The position numbers and the translations under genes are program-made. Below, piece after piece: positions 10,392-18,748 of a stretch of 38,277 bases of DNA (position 1 is its first letter; each line of letters begins with the position of its first letter). Location: UHGV virus genome UHGV-0391791. One strand, written 5' to 3'. Under the pieces are notes generated by a model that saw nothing but the letters and a program-made list of their open reading frames with translations, had not been told where the DNA came from and did not search any database. This stretch comes from a virus.

Positions 10392-10829
10392 TTAACCAGT
10401 TACTTTTGAGCGGATCGGATACGGCGTATTGGCATCAACATCAAGATTGATACCCGCAGTGAATTTGCCAGCCGTTAGTGGGCCAGTTGCGACGGAGTAG
10501 TTAACACGCAGATATCGCTGAACACCGGCTGGCACCTTTGCAGAAACAACTCGCTTACCTGCTGTCAGGGTGGCCTTTGCCAGTGCGCCACTATCATAAA
10601 TAGTGGACCATGAGCTGTTATCCTCACTCGTCTGCAACTGGATGTTTACAGTTGCATCACCGCTTGCTGCGGCGGCTGTGTTAACCAGCGCCCAAAACTC
10701 AAGCGGGTAACCCACGCCGATATCACGACGTTTTCCGTCAATTGGACCGAGATCGATTACGTCAGTAGAAGCCGCGGTATCAGTTACCGCCTGTGCTTCG
10801 GAGAACATCAACAGTTTGTCGGTGATCAT
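10392..10829 (-). CDS. Hypothetical head protein, possibly capsid decoration (145 aa)
   Basis: Track ORF immediately downstream of the major capsid gene; Ser/Thr/Ala-rich. Confidence 0.4.
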   Translation of the reverse strand: MITDKLLMFSEAQAVTDTAASTDVIDLGPIDGKRRDIGVGYPLEFWALVNTAAAASGDATVNIQLQTSEDNSSWSTIYDSGALAKATLTAGKRVVSAKVPAGVQRYLRVNYSVATGPLTAGKFTAGINLDVDANTPYPIRSKVTG

Positions 10830-10880
10830 CTTCTTTCTCCATTAGTGGGTCTGTTACGACCCACAGGTTAATAACAGGCG

Positions 10881-11873
10881 TTACACCACGCGGGCTTCTG
10901 TTTCCAGAAGCGCATCAGTTTCACGGATTGGTACACCACGGAATGAAGTCCACCACTCGCCTTCTGTCTCTTTTACGCTGATCGCCAGAGATGTTTTCTC
11001 CAGAGATTGCAGATCAAGAGCCTGGCCTACAGTGCGGTTCATGTAGAACACCGGGCGACCCATGCCACGATTTGGAATGCGATGCAGTGCTTTAACCATC
11101 AACTTCGCAATATTTGCGGCAGAGGAAGGTTCTGAAAGATTGCTGACATCGATGTTTGCAATGCGAACAACATAACGCCAGTCACGCAGAGCAAGTCCGT
11201 TATCCCATTTGTAATGGGTGCGATAGCCTTCGTACTTGCCGCCATTAGCATCTTCCAGTGTCACCTGGCCTTTATCTTCCATCTGGATGCCAGCCTTCTG
11301 CCCTTTCGGGAAGATGCCATGCACGGTGTTTTCGCCCCACACCACTAACCAGATTGAGGTGTTATCTGTACCCGTGCCACCAGCATCAATGATGTTCTGA
11401 GCATTACCCGCAGACAGGCTGGAATAGCGGGAGGACAGTCCCATAAACTGCTGAGGGTTAACGCTGGAATCACCATAAAACAGCGTCTGCGCCATCTGCT
11501 GATTCATCGCTTCAATAAATGCGCGGTCTTCAGACAGGCGGAATTCGGCGGTATTGCCGTTCAGATCAGCCAGTGACTTATCGACTTCCGCATAGGTTTC
11601 CAGCATGCCAACGGAATCGGTTACCTGTACTGTGGTTGATTTGCTTGGCTGTACGCCATAGTTCAGCAAACGCCAGGTAGCTGAAGGTAAACCAGAACGA
11701 ATGGTGGTTCGGTGTCCGGTAGGAAGGTTCCCTTCGACAAAAGGCATATCCTGAAGGATCGGGTTAGTTTGACCGAGAAGCTCGATAATCTTATCGACTT
11801 TCCCGTTTGGATCGACGCGCTTACCCCAGTCAGCCAGCGTTAGCGCAGTTAAGCCTTTAACAGCCATTGTCAT
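10881..11873 (-). CDS. Major capsid protein (330 aa)
   Basis: Track ORF; follows the scaffold-like gene and precedes the tail genes; size typical of HK97-fold capsid proteins. Confidence 0.6.
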   Translation of the reverse strand: MTMAVKGLTALTLADWGKRVDPNGKVDKIIELLGQTNPILQDMPFVEGNLPTGHRTTIRSGLPSATWRLLNYGVQPSKSTTVQVTDSVGMLETYAEVDKSLADLNGNTAEFRLSEDRAFIEAMNQQMAQTLFYGDSSVNPQQFMGLSSRYSSLSAGNAQNIIDAGGTGTDNTSIWLVVWGENTVHGIFPKGQKAGIQMEDKGQVTLEDANGGKYEGYRTHYKWDNGLALRDWRYVVRIANIDVSNLSEPSSAANIAKLMVKALHRIPNRGMGRPVFYMNRTVGQALDLQSLEKTSLAISVKETEGEWWTSFRGVPIRETDALLETEARVV

Positions 11874-11881
11874 TTCCTCTC

Positions 11882-12583
11882 TTATTTGCCATAGAGCACT
11901 TCGGCCGCACTACGCTGGCCTTCATTACCACCGGTGACCATGCCATCTTCAGACATCGCCTTTCCGATTTTCACGAACGTTTTAACCAGATCAGGGTGAT
12001 TACCCAGCCCGGTGGTGTTCAGATATTCTTTGAGTTCAGGTGTCCCGAACTGGTCAAGCGCACGCTGTGCGGCGCTAAGGTTAGAAATCAACTTGTCGCC
12101 ACCGATTTCTTTGTCAGCTTTTACATCCGCAGCCCACTGCTCGGTTGTTTTCTGCCAGGCTTCTGCCTGGCGCTGCTGAACACCTGCCAGAATCTTCGGA
12201 TAAGCATCAACCAGCTTTTGCGCTTGCTCGTTGGTCAGGTTAAGTTCTCGCGCCACCGGCTCGAATTCCTTCAACGCTTCTGTATCCAGCTCTACGCCTT
12301 CGGCAGCCTGAAACTCGTACTTTTCAGGCGCACCCTCAGGTTTATCGCCGTCCTTTTTTTCATCCTGCTTATCGTTTTCAGGCTTTTTGTCATCAGCAGG
12401 TTTATCGCCATCAGCAACAGGTTGTGGCTTATCACCTTCCTGTTGTGATGGATCACCAACTGGAGCAGGGGTATCACCTGCAGGCGCTGACGGTTCTGAC
12501 GCAGCCGGAGCTGCTCCACCATCGACTGGTTGCTCATTGCAAAGACGGCGATACAGCAAACGCTCAAATAAATTCATGATCAC
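11882..12583 (-). CDS. Scaffolding protein (233 aa)
   Basis: Track ORF; low-complexity acidic Pro/Ala/Asp/Lys-rich N-terminal half and helical C-terminus; sits between portal and capsid. Confidence 0.55.
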   Translation of the reverse strand: MIMNLFERLLYRRLCNEQPVDGGAAPAASEPSAPAGDTPAPVGDPSQQEGDKPQPVADGDKPADDKKPENDKQDEKKDGDKPEGAPEKYEFQAAEGVELDTEALKEFEPVARELNLTNEQAQKLVDAYPKILAGVQQRQAEAWQKTTEQWAADVKADKEIGGDKLISNLSAAQRALDQFGTPELKEYLNTTGLGNHPDLVKTFVKIGKAMSEDGMVTGGNEGQRSAAEVLYGK

Positions 12584-12876
12584 TCCTGTTCACTGGCCTC
12601 TTTGGCCATCTTCAAATACTGTTCAGGGCAATGCGCCATAACGCGCTGAAACAGTTCCAGCGCCAGATTGCGTTGCCCCTCATTAAATGCCATTGCCATA
12701 GCGTCCATCGGCGAGATAGCGGAAAACACACGACCTTTCTCCAGCACCGACCAGACAACGCGACGCCCCTGTTCACTGCTCATGACAAAGCGAATGTCAT
12801 CAATTTCACGCTGTGCCATGTCACGTTGCTTACGGGCGTTTTCTTCTTTCAGTTGATCATCTTCGTAATCTGTCAT
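12580..12876 (-). CDS. Hypothetical protein (98 aa) between portal and scaffold
   Basis: Track ORF, overlapping-stop coupling on both sides. Confidence 0.4.
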   Translation of the reverse strand: MTDYEDDQLKEENARKQRDMAQREIDDIRFVMSSEQGRRVVWSVLEKGRVFSAISPMDAMAMAFNEGQRNLALELFQRVMAHCPEQYLKMAKEASEQE

Positions 12877-14552
12877 TGTGATTGCCCACCCTGACCACTA
12901 ACTGCATTCGCCATAGCTGACAAAACACTCGGATCAGAAGTTTTAGCTTCGCTTAGCGTCTTGGCACCCTGTGCCGCCGCCATCCCCATCGCCATCATTT
13001 GTTGCTGCTGTTGCTGCTGTGCCCGTTGCTGGCGAGTCTGCTCAACCTGTTCCTGCGGAACAATGACGGTTGGAGACACTCCGGACATATCAGCGAATGC
13101 ATCGATCGCCTGATCAACGTTGAGTTTGTCGAGAGCTTCTGGTTTCGCTTGCGCAAGTTGACCAATGAAGTTGACCGTGGATGCCAGACTGGACAGGCCG
13201 ATAGACTTCTGCGCCTGAGCCATGACGGAAATGTATTCGACCTTCAGGGGCATACCTTCCATCGCGTCAGGCGGTGGCGGCAGCATGTTTTTACGCACCA
13301 TCATCGAGAAAGCGCGGTCAATGAGAGGATTAAGACATTCGTCGTTCAGACGCTCCAGAACCGGCCCCAACATCAGAAGTTTTTCTTCTTTCATTTCGAT
13401 CACCGCTTCAACAGGCATCGAGCGGGTATTGATGTTATGCAACATCATGAACAGATCGACAAAGTAGGCGCTGTTAATGATTTGCCGAGTGTCCTGAATG
13501 TCTGCTACCAGATCTGCTGTACTGGGGTTAACCAGATAAGCAGGCCTGAAACCATCCTGACCAGTAATCTGATCGATATACGTGATGTCGCCAGGAAGAA
13601 GGGAGGCACGCTGATTCTTGAGGGAAGTCGGAGCAACCATCGGCGGATTGGTGGCTTTATCAATCAACTGCGACTTGCGCTTCTGAAGAAGCTGCAATGC
13701 CTTAACAGGTCCAAGCGCCAGCATACCCGGGCATGATGATCCATAAACATCTTCGCCGTTAACTTCCCAGCGCGGAGCCATAATTGGAAACTCATCGAAT
13801 CCGGACTCACGCAACAACTTGTCGTTATCGCCACCAACCTCGTAATAAACCGATTTGAATGGCTTGTTCTTGCTATCCAGCTTCGATGTATCGCGGTCAA
13901 TGTTCGGGTAAACCGAATGCATCACTTCAATCCACTTCTCGTAGGTGCCGCTTTCCCACATGCTTTTTACGGATTCGCTGACGTTATTTAGCCCGAACTC
14001 CTGAACAAGCTGACGAACAGTCATAGCGAACTTGCGAAAACAGGTGTCCACACTGCCACGAGGTGAGTTAGCCAGGTAGTAACTGCCTATCGGGAATGGC
14101 ATTGTGCGAATGATGCCCTCGTCATCTTCCAGCACTGCCATTGCACCAGTGCTGTATGTGCCGAGGCTTCCGTATAACTGCGGCAGCGACTGATAGAGAT
14201 TCGACTTATTGAACATATCGTTCATGCGGTTCTGCACCGCCTCAAGCCACAACTTAACAGGGCCATAATCCATCATTTCAGGATCTGGCGTAGCCAGGCG
14301 AAACCACGGACGCGCGGGGCTTGTGATGCCTGACATCATGCCGCTGGCGAGAGTGCGCGCCGCCATAGTCCCGGTCGAATCAATAATGCGTGTATTGCGT
14401 CGATCGTTACGGTTGACCTCAGAAGTCAGAAAGCGGGAACCACGCGGGTTGATGTAATCACTCAACTCGCGCCAGTGCGGCTCGAACGACTGACGCTCGC
14501 TTTCAAGTTGTGCGAACTGTTTGTTCAATCGCTCTTTAGTTGTTTCCGCCAT
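12873..14552 (-). CDS. Portal (head-to-tail connector) protein (559 aa)
   Basis: Track ORF; size; Gln-rich/Ala-Met-rich C-terminus (QQQQQQQMMAMGMAAAQGA) like recalled T7 gp8 C-terminus; follows large terminase. Confidence 0.75.
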   Translation of the reverse strand: MAETTKERLNKQFAQLESERQSFEPHWRELSDYINPRGSRFLTSEVNRNDRRNTRIIDSTGTMAARTLASGMMSGITSPARPWFRLATPDPEMMDYGPVKLWLEAVQNRMNDMFNKSNLYQSLPQLYGSLGTYSTGAMAVLEDDEGIIRTMPFPIGSYYLANSPRGSVDTCFRKFAMTVRQLVQEFGLNNVSESVKSMWESGTYEKWIEVMHSVYPNIDRDTSKLDSKNKPFKSVYYEVGGDNDKLLRESGFDEFPIMAPRWEVNGEDVYGSSCPGMLALGPVKALQLLQKRKSQLIDKATNPPMVAPTSLKNQRASLLPGDITYIDQITGQDGFRPAYLVNPSTADLVADIQDTRQIINSAYFVDLFMMLHNINTRSMPVEAVIEMKEEKLLMLGPVLERLNDECLNPLIDRAFSMMVRKNMLPPPPDAMEGMPLKVEYISVMAQAQKSIGLSSLASTVNFIGQLAQAKPEALDKLNVDQAIDAFADMSGVSPTVIVPQEQVEQTRQQRAQQQQQQQMMAMGMAAAQGAKTLSEAKTSDPSVLSAMANAVSGQGGQSQ

Positions 14553-14566
14553 TTCAATGACTCCGG

Positions 14567-14773
14567 TTACTGACCAAGCAGCGTTTTACCGCTGGTATTA
14601 GCGGTTGATGTGTCGCCCTGAGAACCGGTAAGCAGCGTAGAACTACGACCAGCAGCAGCGCGACGGCGACGAGTTTCTTCGTCGCGGGCATCAACAACGG
14701 CGGCATCCTGCTCCTGTGGTGCTGCCTGAACTTCTGGTGTTGCAGGCACTGATGGTGAGCTACCCATGCACAT
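14567..14773 (-). CDS. Small Ser/Pro/Ala-rich ORF (68 aa) upstream of portal; uncertain
   Basis: Track ORF; GGAG Shine-Dalgarno upstream; alternative overlapping frame 14554..14793 cannot be excluded. Confidence 0.25.
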   Translation of the reverse strand: MCMGSSPSVPATPEVQAAPQEQDAAVVDARDEETRRRRAAAGRSSTLLTGSQGDTSTANTSGKTLLGQ

Positions 14774-14863
14774 ATCAATGACTCCGTACGCAATTAAATT
14801 ATTACCAATTTAACCACATATGATTTATTTATCGTAGATAGTTGACATTTAACGCACGAATTA

Positions 14864-14878
14864 TTACCTTTCAGGTAA
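14864..14878. promoter_or_regulatory. Operator-like palindrome TTACCTTTCAGGTAA, with a perfect TTGACA -35 hexamer at 14842..14847
   Basis: Perfect TTACC-N5-GGTAA dyad; identical 15-mer recurs at 34071..34085; intergenic. Confidence 0.55.
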
Positions 14879-15200
14879 CCAAAGAGTTCATTCCGGTTAC
14901 TAACCTGACTGGCTTGTCGTTAAATTGAACAGGTGGAGTGAGCTTTTATTTTGAGCAGTACGGCGTATGGCACATGCGCCGATAGCGGTCTGGATACGTT
15001 TAAGGGGCACCCTCCCTTGCTCGGGCAAACGAACCAGGTAGCCGGAATGTGCAAGTCAAGCGGTTTTATTCCGCGCACGGGGATTCACCATCCCGGCGAT
15101 TCGGTGTGACACCTCGGAAGAGACGAGGGTGCAACGATGAGAGCATTTATGGAGCCGCGACAAAGTGTGGTGCCTTAACAGGCTAAGTGCTATCAGCGTT

Positions 15201-15277
15201 GTGGCATTAGCTCAGTTGGACAGAGCAACCGCCTTCTAAGCGGTTGGTCGCAGGTTCGAATCCTGCATGCCACGCCA
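15201..15277 (+). tRNA. tRNA-Arg, anticodon UCU (reads AGA), phage-encoded, argU-like
   Basis: Manual cloverleaf: 7-bp acceptor stem GTGGCAT/ATGCCAC, D-arm GCTC/GAGC, anticodon stem ACCGC/GCGGT with loop CTTCTAA, T-arm GCAGG-TTCGAAT-CCTGC, discriminator G plus encoded CCA; 77 nt. Confidence 0.85.
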
Positions 15278-15320
15278 GAATCACGCCTAAGGACCGTGAT
15301 GCCAGAAGTTCCAGGTGCTT

Positions 15321-15364
15321 GGCGGTGATGGTTTCCCTTGAAGGACTATCACCGCCCTTTTTAC
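15321..15364 (+). terminator. Rho-independent terminator downstream of the tRNA
   Basis: 9-bp stem GGCGGTGAT/ATCACCGCC followed by CTTTTTTA. Confidence 0.5.
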
Positions 15365-15440
15365 AGCAGGACGCCATTGCGATGACTTCATGCTGTAAAC
15401 CAGTACAGCCACGGAAGGCATAACTCATTGCTTCCAGTTC

Positions 15441-15464
15441 GCCCGGTTCGCCGGGCATTTTTTT
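15441..15464 (+). terminator. Hairpin plus T-tract immediately upstream of the RBS of the 15476 gene
   Basis: GCCCGG-ttcg-CCGGGC followed by ATTTTTTT, then AAGGTGAG and ATG. Confidence 0.45.
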
Positions 15465-15475
15465 AAGGTGAGATT

Positions 15476-15853
15476 ATGAACGACCAGCAAATCGAAAAAG
15501 AAATCGTTGAGAAAGGCAAAACGGCACCGCGAATCACCCCGCAGCACATCGAAGACGTGATTATTAGTGAGCACTATTTCACGGCTGCAGAAGGGGTTCA
15601 TGGCGCTAATGAGCTTTTAAAACCGCATGAAAGCCCAATTGACTATTACCAGGAAGCGCACCCTGCTGAGTCACTTCTGACCTTCTGCGTCCTGGTGCTG
15701 CGCAACGGCTTCACCGTCACCGGAGAAAGCGCCTGTGCAAGCCCGGAAAACTTTGATGCAGAAATTGGTCGGAAGATTGCCCGGCAGAATGCTGTAAACA
15801 AAATCTGGATGCTCGAAGGTTACTTGCTGAAGCAGAAGCTAAGCGAGCAATAA
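15476..15853 (+). CDS. Hypothetical phage protein (125 aa), moron-like, opposite strand to the late operon; resembles Gp49-like phage proteins (recalled, unverified)
   Basis: Track ORF with SD AAGGTGAG; bracketed by terminators; C-terminal segment ...SPENFDAEIGRKIARQNAVNKIWMLEGYLLKQ. Confidence 0.5.
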   Translation: MNDQQIEKEIVEKGKTAPRITPQHIEDVIISEHYFTAAEGVHGANELLKPHESPIDYYQEAHPAESLLTFCVLVLRNGFTVTGESACASPENFDAEIGRKIARQNAVNKIWMLEGYLLKQKLSEQ

Positions 15854-15856
15854 CAC

Positions 15857-15870
15857 CGTGACATGTCACA
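15857..15870. repeat. 14-bp palindrome CGTGACATGTCACA (copy 1 of 3)
   Basis: Exact 14-mer also at 18122..18135 and, inverted, at 36466..36479. Confidence 0.8.
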
Positions 15871-15873
15871 AAC

Positions 15874-15900
15874 AGCCAGCCTATGAGCTGGCTTTGTTTT
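15874..15900 (+). terminator. Rho-independent terminator
   Basis: AGCCAGC-ctatga-GCTGGCT followed by TTGTTTT. Confidence 0.6.
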
Positions 15901-15943
15901 ATCCTCACCAGAGGATATCAACGACATGATCCCCACCAGCGGA

Positions 15944-17419
15944 TTAAGCATAGGGATCGTAATCTGTGATGGCCTTGCCTTGCTGGTTCTGCTGACCGGG
16001 AATTCGCAGACGCTTCGACACAGGGAACGCAAACGTCAGCAGTAGCGCATCGCCTTTACCAGGAGAACGCCCAAGTCGCTCTTTGATATCTTCCTTCGGT
16101 TCGATAACGATTTTACCGTCCACTCGAACTTTGTACTCTGCTGCCGACAGGTCGTCCGCTGTTTCCTGGTCATCAAGCATGCCGCCCAGCCTCAGCCATG
16201 TCTTGCATGAGTTGAACATCTCCCCACGCTTGTTGAGCATCTGCGGGTCAGTAGACGCGCCACCGAACTGAACAAGTTGCCATGTACGACCCCAGCCGTC
16301 ACCGATTGACTTCAGACCAGTTCCGTAACCGAAGTCGATGAACACTGCGTCAGCCTGGTACTGGTCTTCAAAGTCAGCGATACGCTTCGCCATAATCAGA
16401 TCGTCAGTGGTCTTGTTGCCAGTCCACAGCATCTTACTGTGTAGCCCCTGCCGCAGGTATATCACCGCGTCATCAACGCCTGAATATGCCGGGTCAACAC
16501 CGATTATCACCGGAGCATGCGCCACCTGCGCAGCGGTTACCACCCGTTTCATTGCCTCATCAGTAAGACCGGTAGGGATAAACTGCAATTCAGATGCATC
16601 AGGGAATATGCCGCGCACACGGATTTTAACGAAGTCGCTGTCTTCCCCGTAGTCATCAACCCATTTCTGCAACTGCTGTTTGTTAGTGCCTTCCACCGTC
16701 CGGCTGTCAATCTGCGCAGTTTTCCAGCGGTGTTTATATTTGCGGAAACATTCGCGGAAACGCCCGGTGTTACGTGTAGGGTTTCCGAACGCCACCCAGA
16801 TAATCTCAGTGTCTTCGTCCGTAAGCGCACCCTCAGCAACTTCCCACACCAGATCCGCAATGTTCGACGCTTCATCGAATACCACGATGATGCGTTTGCG
16901 CTCGTTGTGTAGTCCGGCGAATGCCTCAGTGTTGTGCTCAGACCAGGGGATTGCGTCAGCTCGCCACCGCTTGTCGTGCCCAGGATCATTGCTGTACATC
17001 GCGGTAGCGGTACAGGTAAACCAGTCTTTCGTGATAGCAAGGTTCGACCACTTGATAATTTCCGGCCAGGTCTTCGTTCGTAGCTGGTTGTCGGTGTTGG
17101 CGGTCACCACGACCTTACAATCCTCGCAAGTGGACATGCCCCAGTTGATCAGCATTGAGATGAATGCGGATTTACCAATACCGTGACCAGAAGCGCGTGC
17201 CAGCATAAGCGGCTGATAGCGCGTCTCTGGATTCTGCAGGTGATCACGTATCTCTCGGAACGCATCGGCCTGCCACTGACGTGGGCCGGTAGCATGTGCC
17301 AGTTCAGTCCCCTCTTCCCCCCAAGGGAACGCATAGAGGGCATAACCAAGCGGATCGTGAGTGAACCCTGCAATATCCTCGATTAACTGCTCTTCAGGAG
17401 ATAACACGGTATCTGTCAC
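15944..17419 (-). CDS. Terminase large subunit (491 aa)
   Basis: Track ORF; Walker A-like GHGIGKS; size; between small terminase and portal. Confidence 0.85.
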   Translation of the reverse strand: MTDTVLSPEEQLIEDIAGFTHDPLGYALYAFPWGEEGTELAHATGPRQWQADAFREIRDHLQNPETRYQPLMLARASGHGIGKSAFISMLINWGMSTCEDCKVVVTANTDNQLRTKTWPEIIKWSNLAITKDWFTCTATAMYSNDPGHDKRWRADAIPWSEHNTEAFAGLHNERKRIIVVFDEASNIADLVWEVAEGALTDEDTEIIWVAFGNPTRNTGRFRECFRKYKHRWKTAQIDSRTVEGTNKQQLQKWVDDYGEDSDFVKIRVRGIFPDASELQFIPTGLTDEAMKRVVTAAQVAHAPVIIGVDPAYSGVDDAVIYLRQGLHSKMLWTGNKTTDDLIMAKRIADFEDQYQADAVFIDFGYGTGLKSIGDGWGRTWQLVQFGGASTDPQMLNKRGEMFNSCKTWLRLGGMLDDQETADDLSAAEYKVRVDGKIVIEPKEDIKERLGRSPGKGDALLLTFAFPVSKRLRIPGQQNQQGKAITDYDPYA

Positions 17420-18012
17420 TGATTACCATCCTGACGTTCTTTGAGTCGCTTCCTGGCTGCTGCTATGCGATCAGCAATTGTCACATTCACATTAACATCC
17501 AGACGTTCTTTGAACGCGTTGACATCAACATGCTTACCAATCAGCTCAAGGTTCTTCACCTTGTCAGGCCATTTAATTTTTTTGAGGATTGTCTCTATCG
17601 AATCCTCGTTCATGTTCATGATGGTCGATGACAGATCAAAGCCACTAAGCGTAGTGCGCCAGATTTTCGGCCACTCACGGATTGGTTTAAGGCTCCCATC
17701 GTCGTTGAGGATATCGATCACGTCCATCTGGTCGATCTCCACCAGGCGCATGAGAACGTAATCAGCACTGACGCGCATTCGTTTGTTGCGCTCCTCCATC
17801 AACTCGGCAATCCGTTTTTGAATGCGTTCATCGCGCATCATGACACTGGCTTTAACTGCCGCTGTATTTGGGGAGAATCCTGCGTTAATCGCTGCCTGAG
17901 TCTGGTTTTCAGGCGTTTTGATGTATGACTGGCAATAAGCCTCCTGCATTGCTGTTAGTGGCTTAAATTGCGTTGATTTGCGTTTATAGGTTTTAGGTTC
18001 AGCAGGCATCAT
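17416..18012 (-). CDS. Terminase small subunit (start placed at MMPAEP..., about 198 aa; track start 18090 judged too far upstream)
   Basis: Track ORF 17416..18090; its first 26 codons span tandem DNA repeats and a terminator hairpin, so the internal Met-Met at 18012 is preferred; overlaps terL start. Confidence 0.6.
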   Translation of the reverse strand: MMPAEPKTYKRKSTQFKPLTAMQEAYCQSYIKTPENQTQAAINAGFSPNTAAVKASVMMRDERIQKRIAELMEERNKRMRVSADYVLMRLVEIDQMDVIDILNDDGSLKPIREWPKIWRTTLSGFDLSSTIMNMNEDSIETILKKIKWPDKVKNLELIGKHVDVNAFKERLDVNVNVTIADRIAAARKRLKERQDGNQ

Positions 18013-18018
18013 AACCAC

Positions 18019-18051
18019 CGTGGTAATAGTTACCGTTGTGGTAATAGTACC
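18019..18051. repeat. Tandem repeat GTGGTAATAGT(T)ACC x2 in the small-terminase leader; contains everted half-sites GGTAA-tag-TTACC
   Basis: Read directly: ccgtGGTAATAGTTACCgttgtGGTAATAGTACCatg. Confidence 0.6.
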
Positions 18052-18081
18052 ATGCAAAATAAAGCCGCCATAGTTGGCGGC
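18052..18081 (-). terminator. Rho-independent terminator on the minus strand just upstream of the small-terminase gene
   Basis: Minus strand GCCGCCA-acta-TGGCGGC followed by CTTTATTTTG. Confidence 0.55.
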
Positions 18082-18121
18082 AGTATTCAAAACCCATCAA
18101 ATTCATCATGCATAATCTACT

Positions 18122-18135
18122 CGTGACATGTCACA
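18122..18135. repeat. 14-bp palindrome CGTGACATGTCACA (copy 2 of 3), overlapping the stop codon of the 18131..18472 gene
   Basis: Exact match to copies at 15857 and 36466. Confidence 0.8.
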
Positions 18136-18472
18136 CTATTAATTTCGTTTCATGCCAGCCTTTAGTCACCCAGCATTGCGAGTCACCATTGCACGGGCAT
18201 GAATTCACAGGAACTCTCTCGCCGCACTTACCGCAACGTTTTCTGCTGATCGATTTTATACGCCCGCGCACGCGTGCATCATCCTGGCGGATCAGTAACG
18301 CTATATACTCACCAAATTCGTAAGGCGCACGCCCGGGGCGACGCGTGGCACAGTTACGCTCCAGCATTTCAATTTCCTGAGCATCAAGCACAATCTCCAG
18401 CTTACGCACACCAGATGCAGCTTGTCTGGCTCTCTGAGCGGCTTTGCGCTCTGCTGCTGATTTAGCCATCAA
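18131..18472 (-). CDS. Hypothetical protein (113 aa) with basic N-terminus and C-terminal Cys cluster (zinc-ribbon-like); last gene before the late operon
   Basis: Track ORF; C-terminus RKRCGKCGERVPVNSCPCNGDSQCW. Confidence 0.45.
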   Translation of the reverse strand: MMAKSAAERKAAQRARQAASGVRKLEIVLDAQEIEMLERNCATRRPGRAPYEFGEYIALLIRQDDARVRGRIKSISRKRCGKCGERVPVNSCPCNGDSQCWVTKGWHETKLIV

Positions 18473-18496
18473 TATTTACCTTTATCGCGAACATAC

Positions 18497-18718
18497 TTAG
18501 CTGTGTGTTGCCGATGTGCGGAGATTCTCTTCTATCAATTCCACGCATTCTGACCGACGAACAAATAATTCGTCTCCGTTATGAATTACGACATAGCCGT
18601 AAGCGGTTTTACGCATCACATCGAACTCATCCCATACGGAAATACCGCACTCTGCTAACGAGCAATCCAAATAATCTTCCGGATGCTTGTCGGTGTTATT
18701 AATGATGCGAATCCTCAA
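18497..18718 (-). CDS. Hypothetical protein (73 aa)
   Basis: Track ORF in the nin-like early cluster. Confidence 0.4.
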   Translation of the reverse strand: MRIRIINNTDKHPEDYLDCSLAECGISVWDEFDVMRKTAYGYVVIHNGDELFVRRSECVELIEENLRTSATHS

Positions 18719-18748
18719 ATCTTTTCACCTTTAAGGATAAGTTGCATG

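Noticed and set aside
12999-13736. 245-aa plus-strand ORF inside the portal gene, and similar antisense ORFs (1528..1908, 2044..2520, 3494..3826, 4909..5391, 8624..9313, 9133..9858, 16517..17040)
   Set aside because: All lie antisense within long, well-supported structural genes on the minus strand and have no RBS or operon context; typical shadow ORFs.
14900-15200. A second tRNA or tmRNA-like gene in the GC-rich stretch upstream of tRNA-Arg
   Set aside because: A T-loop-like hairpin (GGGGA-TTCACCA-TCCC) is present, but no matching acceptor stem or CCA end could be assembled; it is kept only as an unassigned structured leader.
15207-15458. Track ORF (83 aa, minus strand) overlapping the tRNA-Arg gene
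   Set aside because: It lies antisense across a well-formed tRNA and two terminator hairpins; the translation is an artefact of GC-rich structured DNA.
17416-18090. Small-terminase start at 18090 as given by the ORF track
   Set aside because: The first 26 codons (…TITTTVTITTVV…) are translations of the tandem DNA repeat GGTAATAGTTACC and of a terminator hairpin; the Met-Met at 18012 was preferred, though the longer form is not excluded.
18122-18135. Reading CGTGACATGTCACA as a CRP binding site
   Set aside because: CRP needs TGTGA-N6-TCACA; here the half-sites are separated by 4 bp, so a host CRP site is unlikely.
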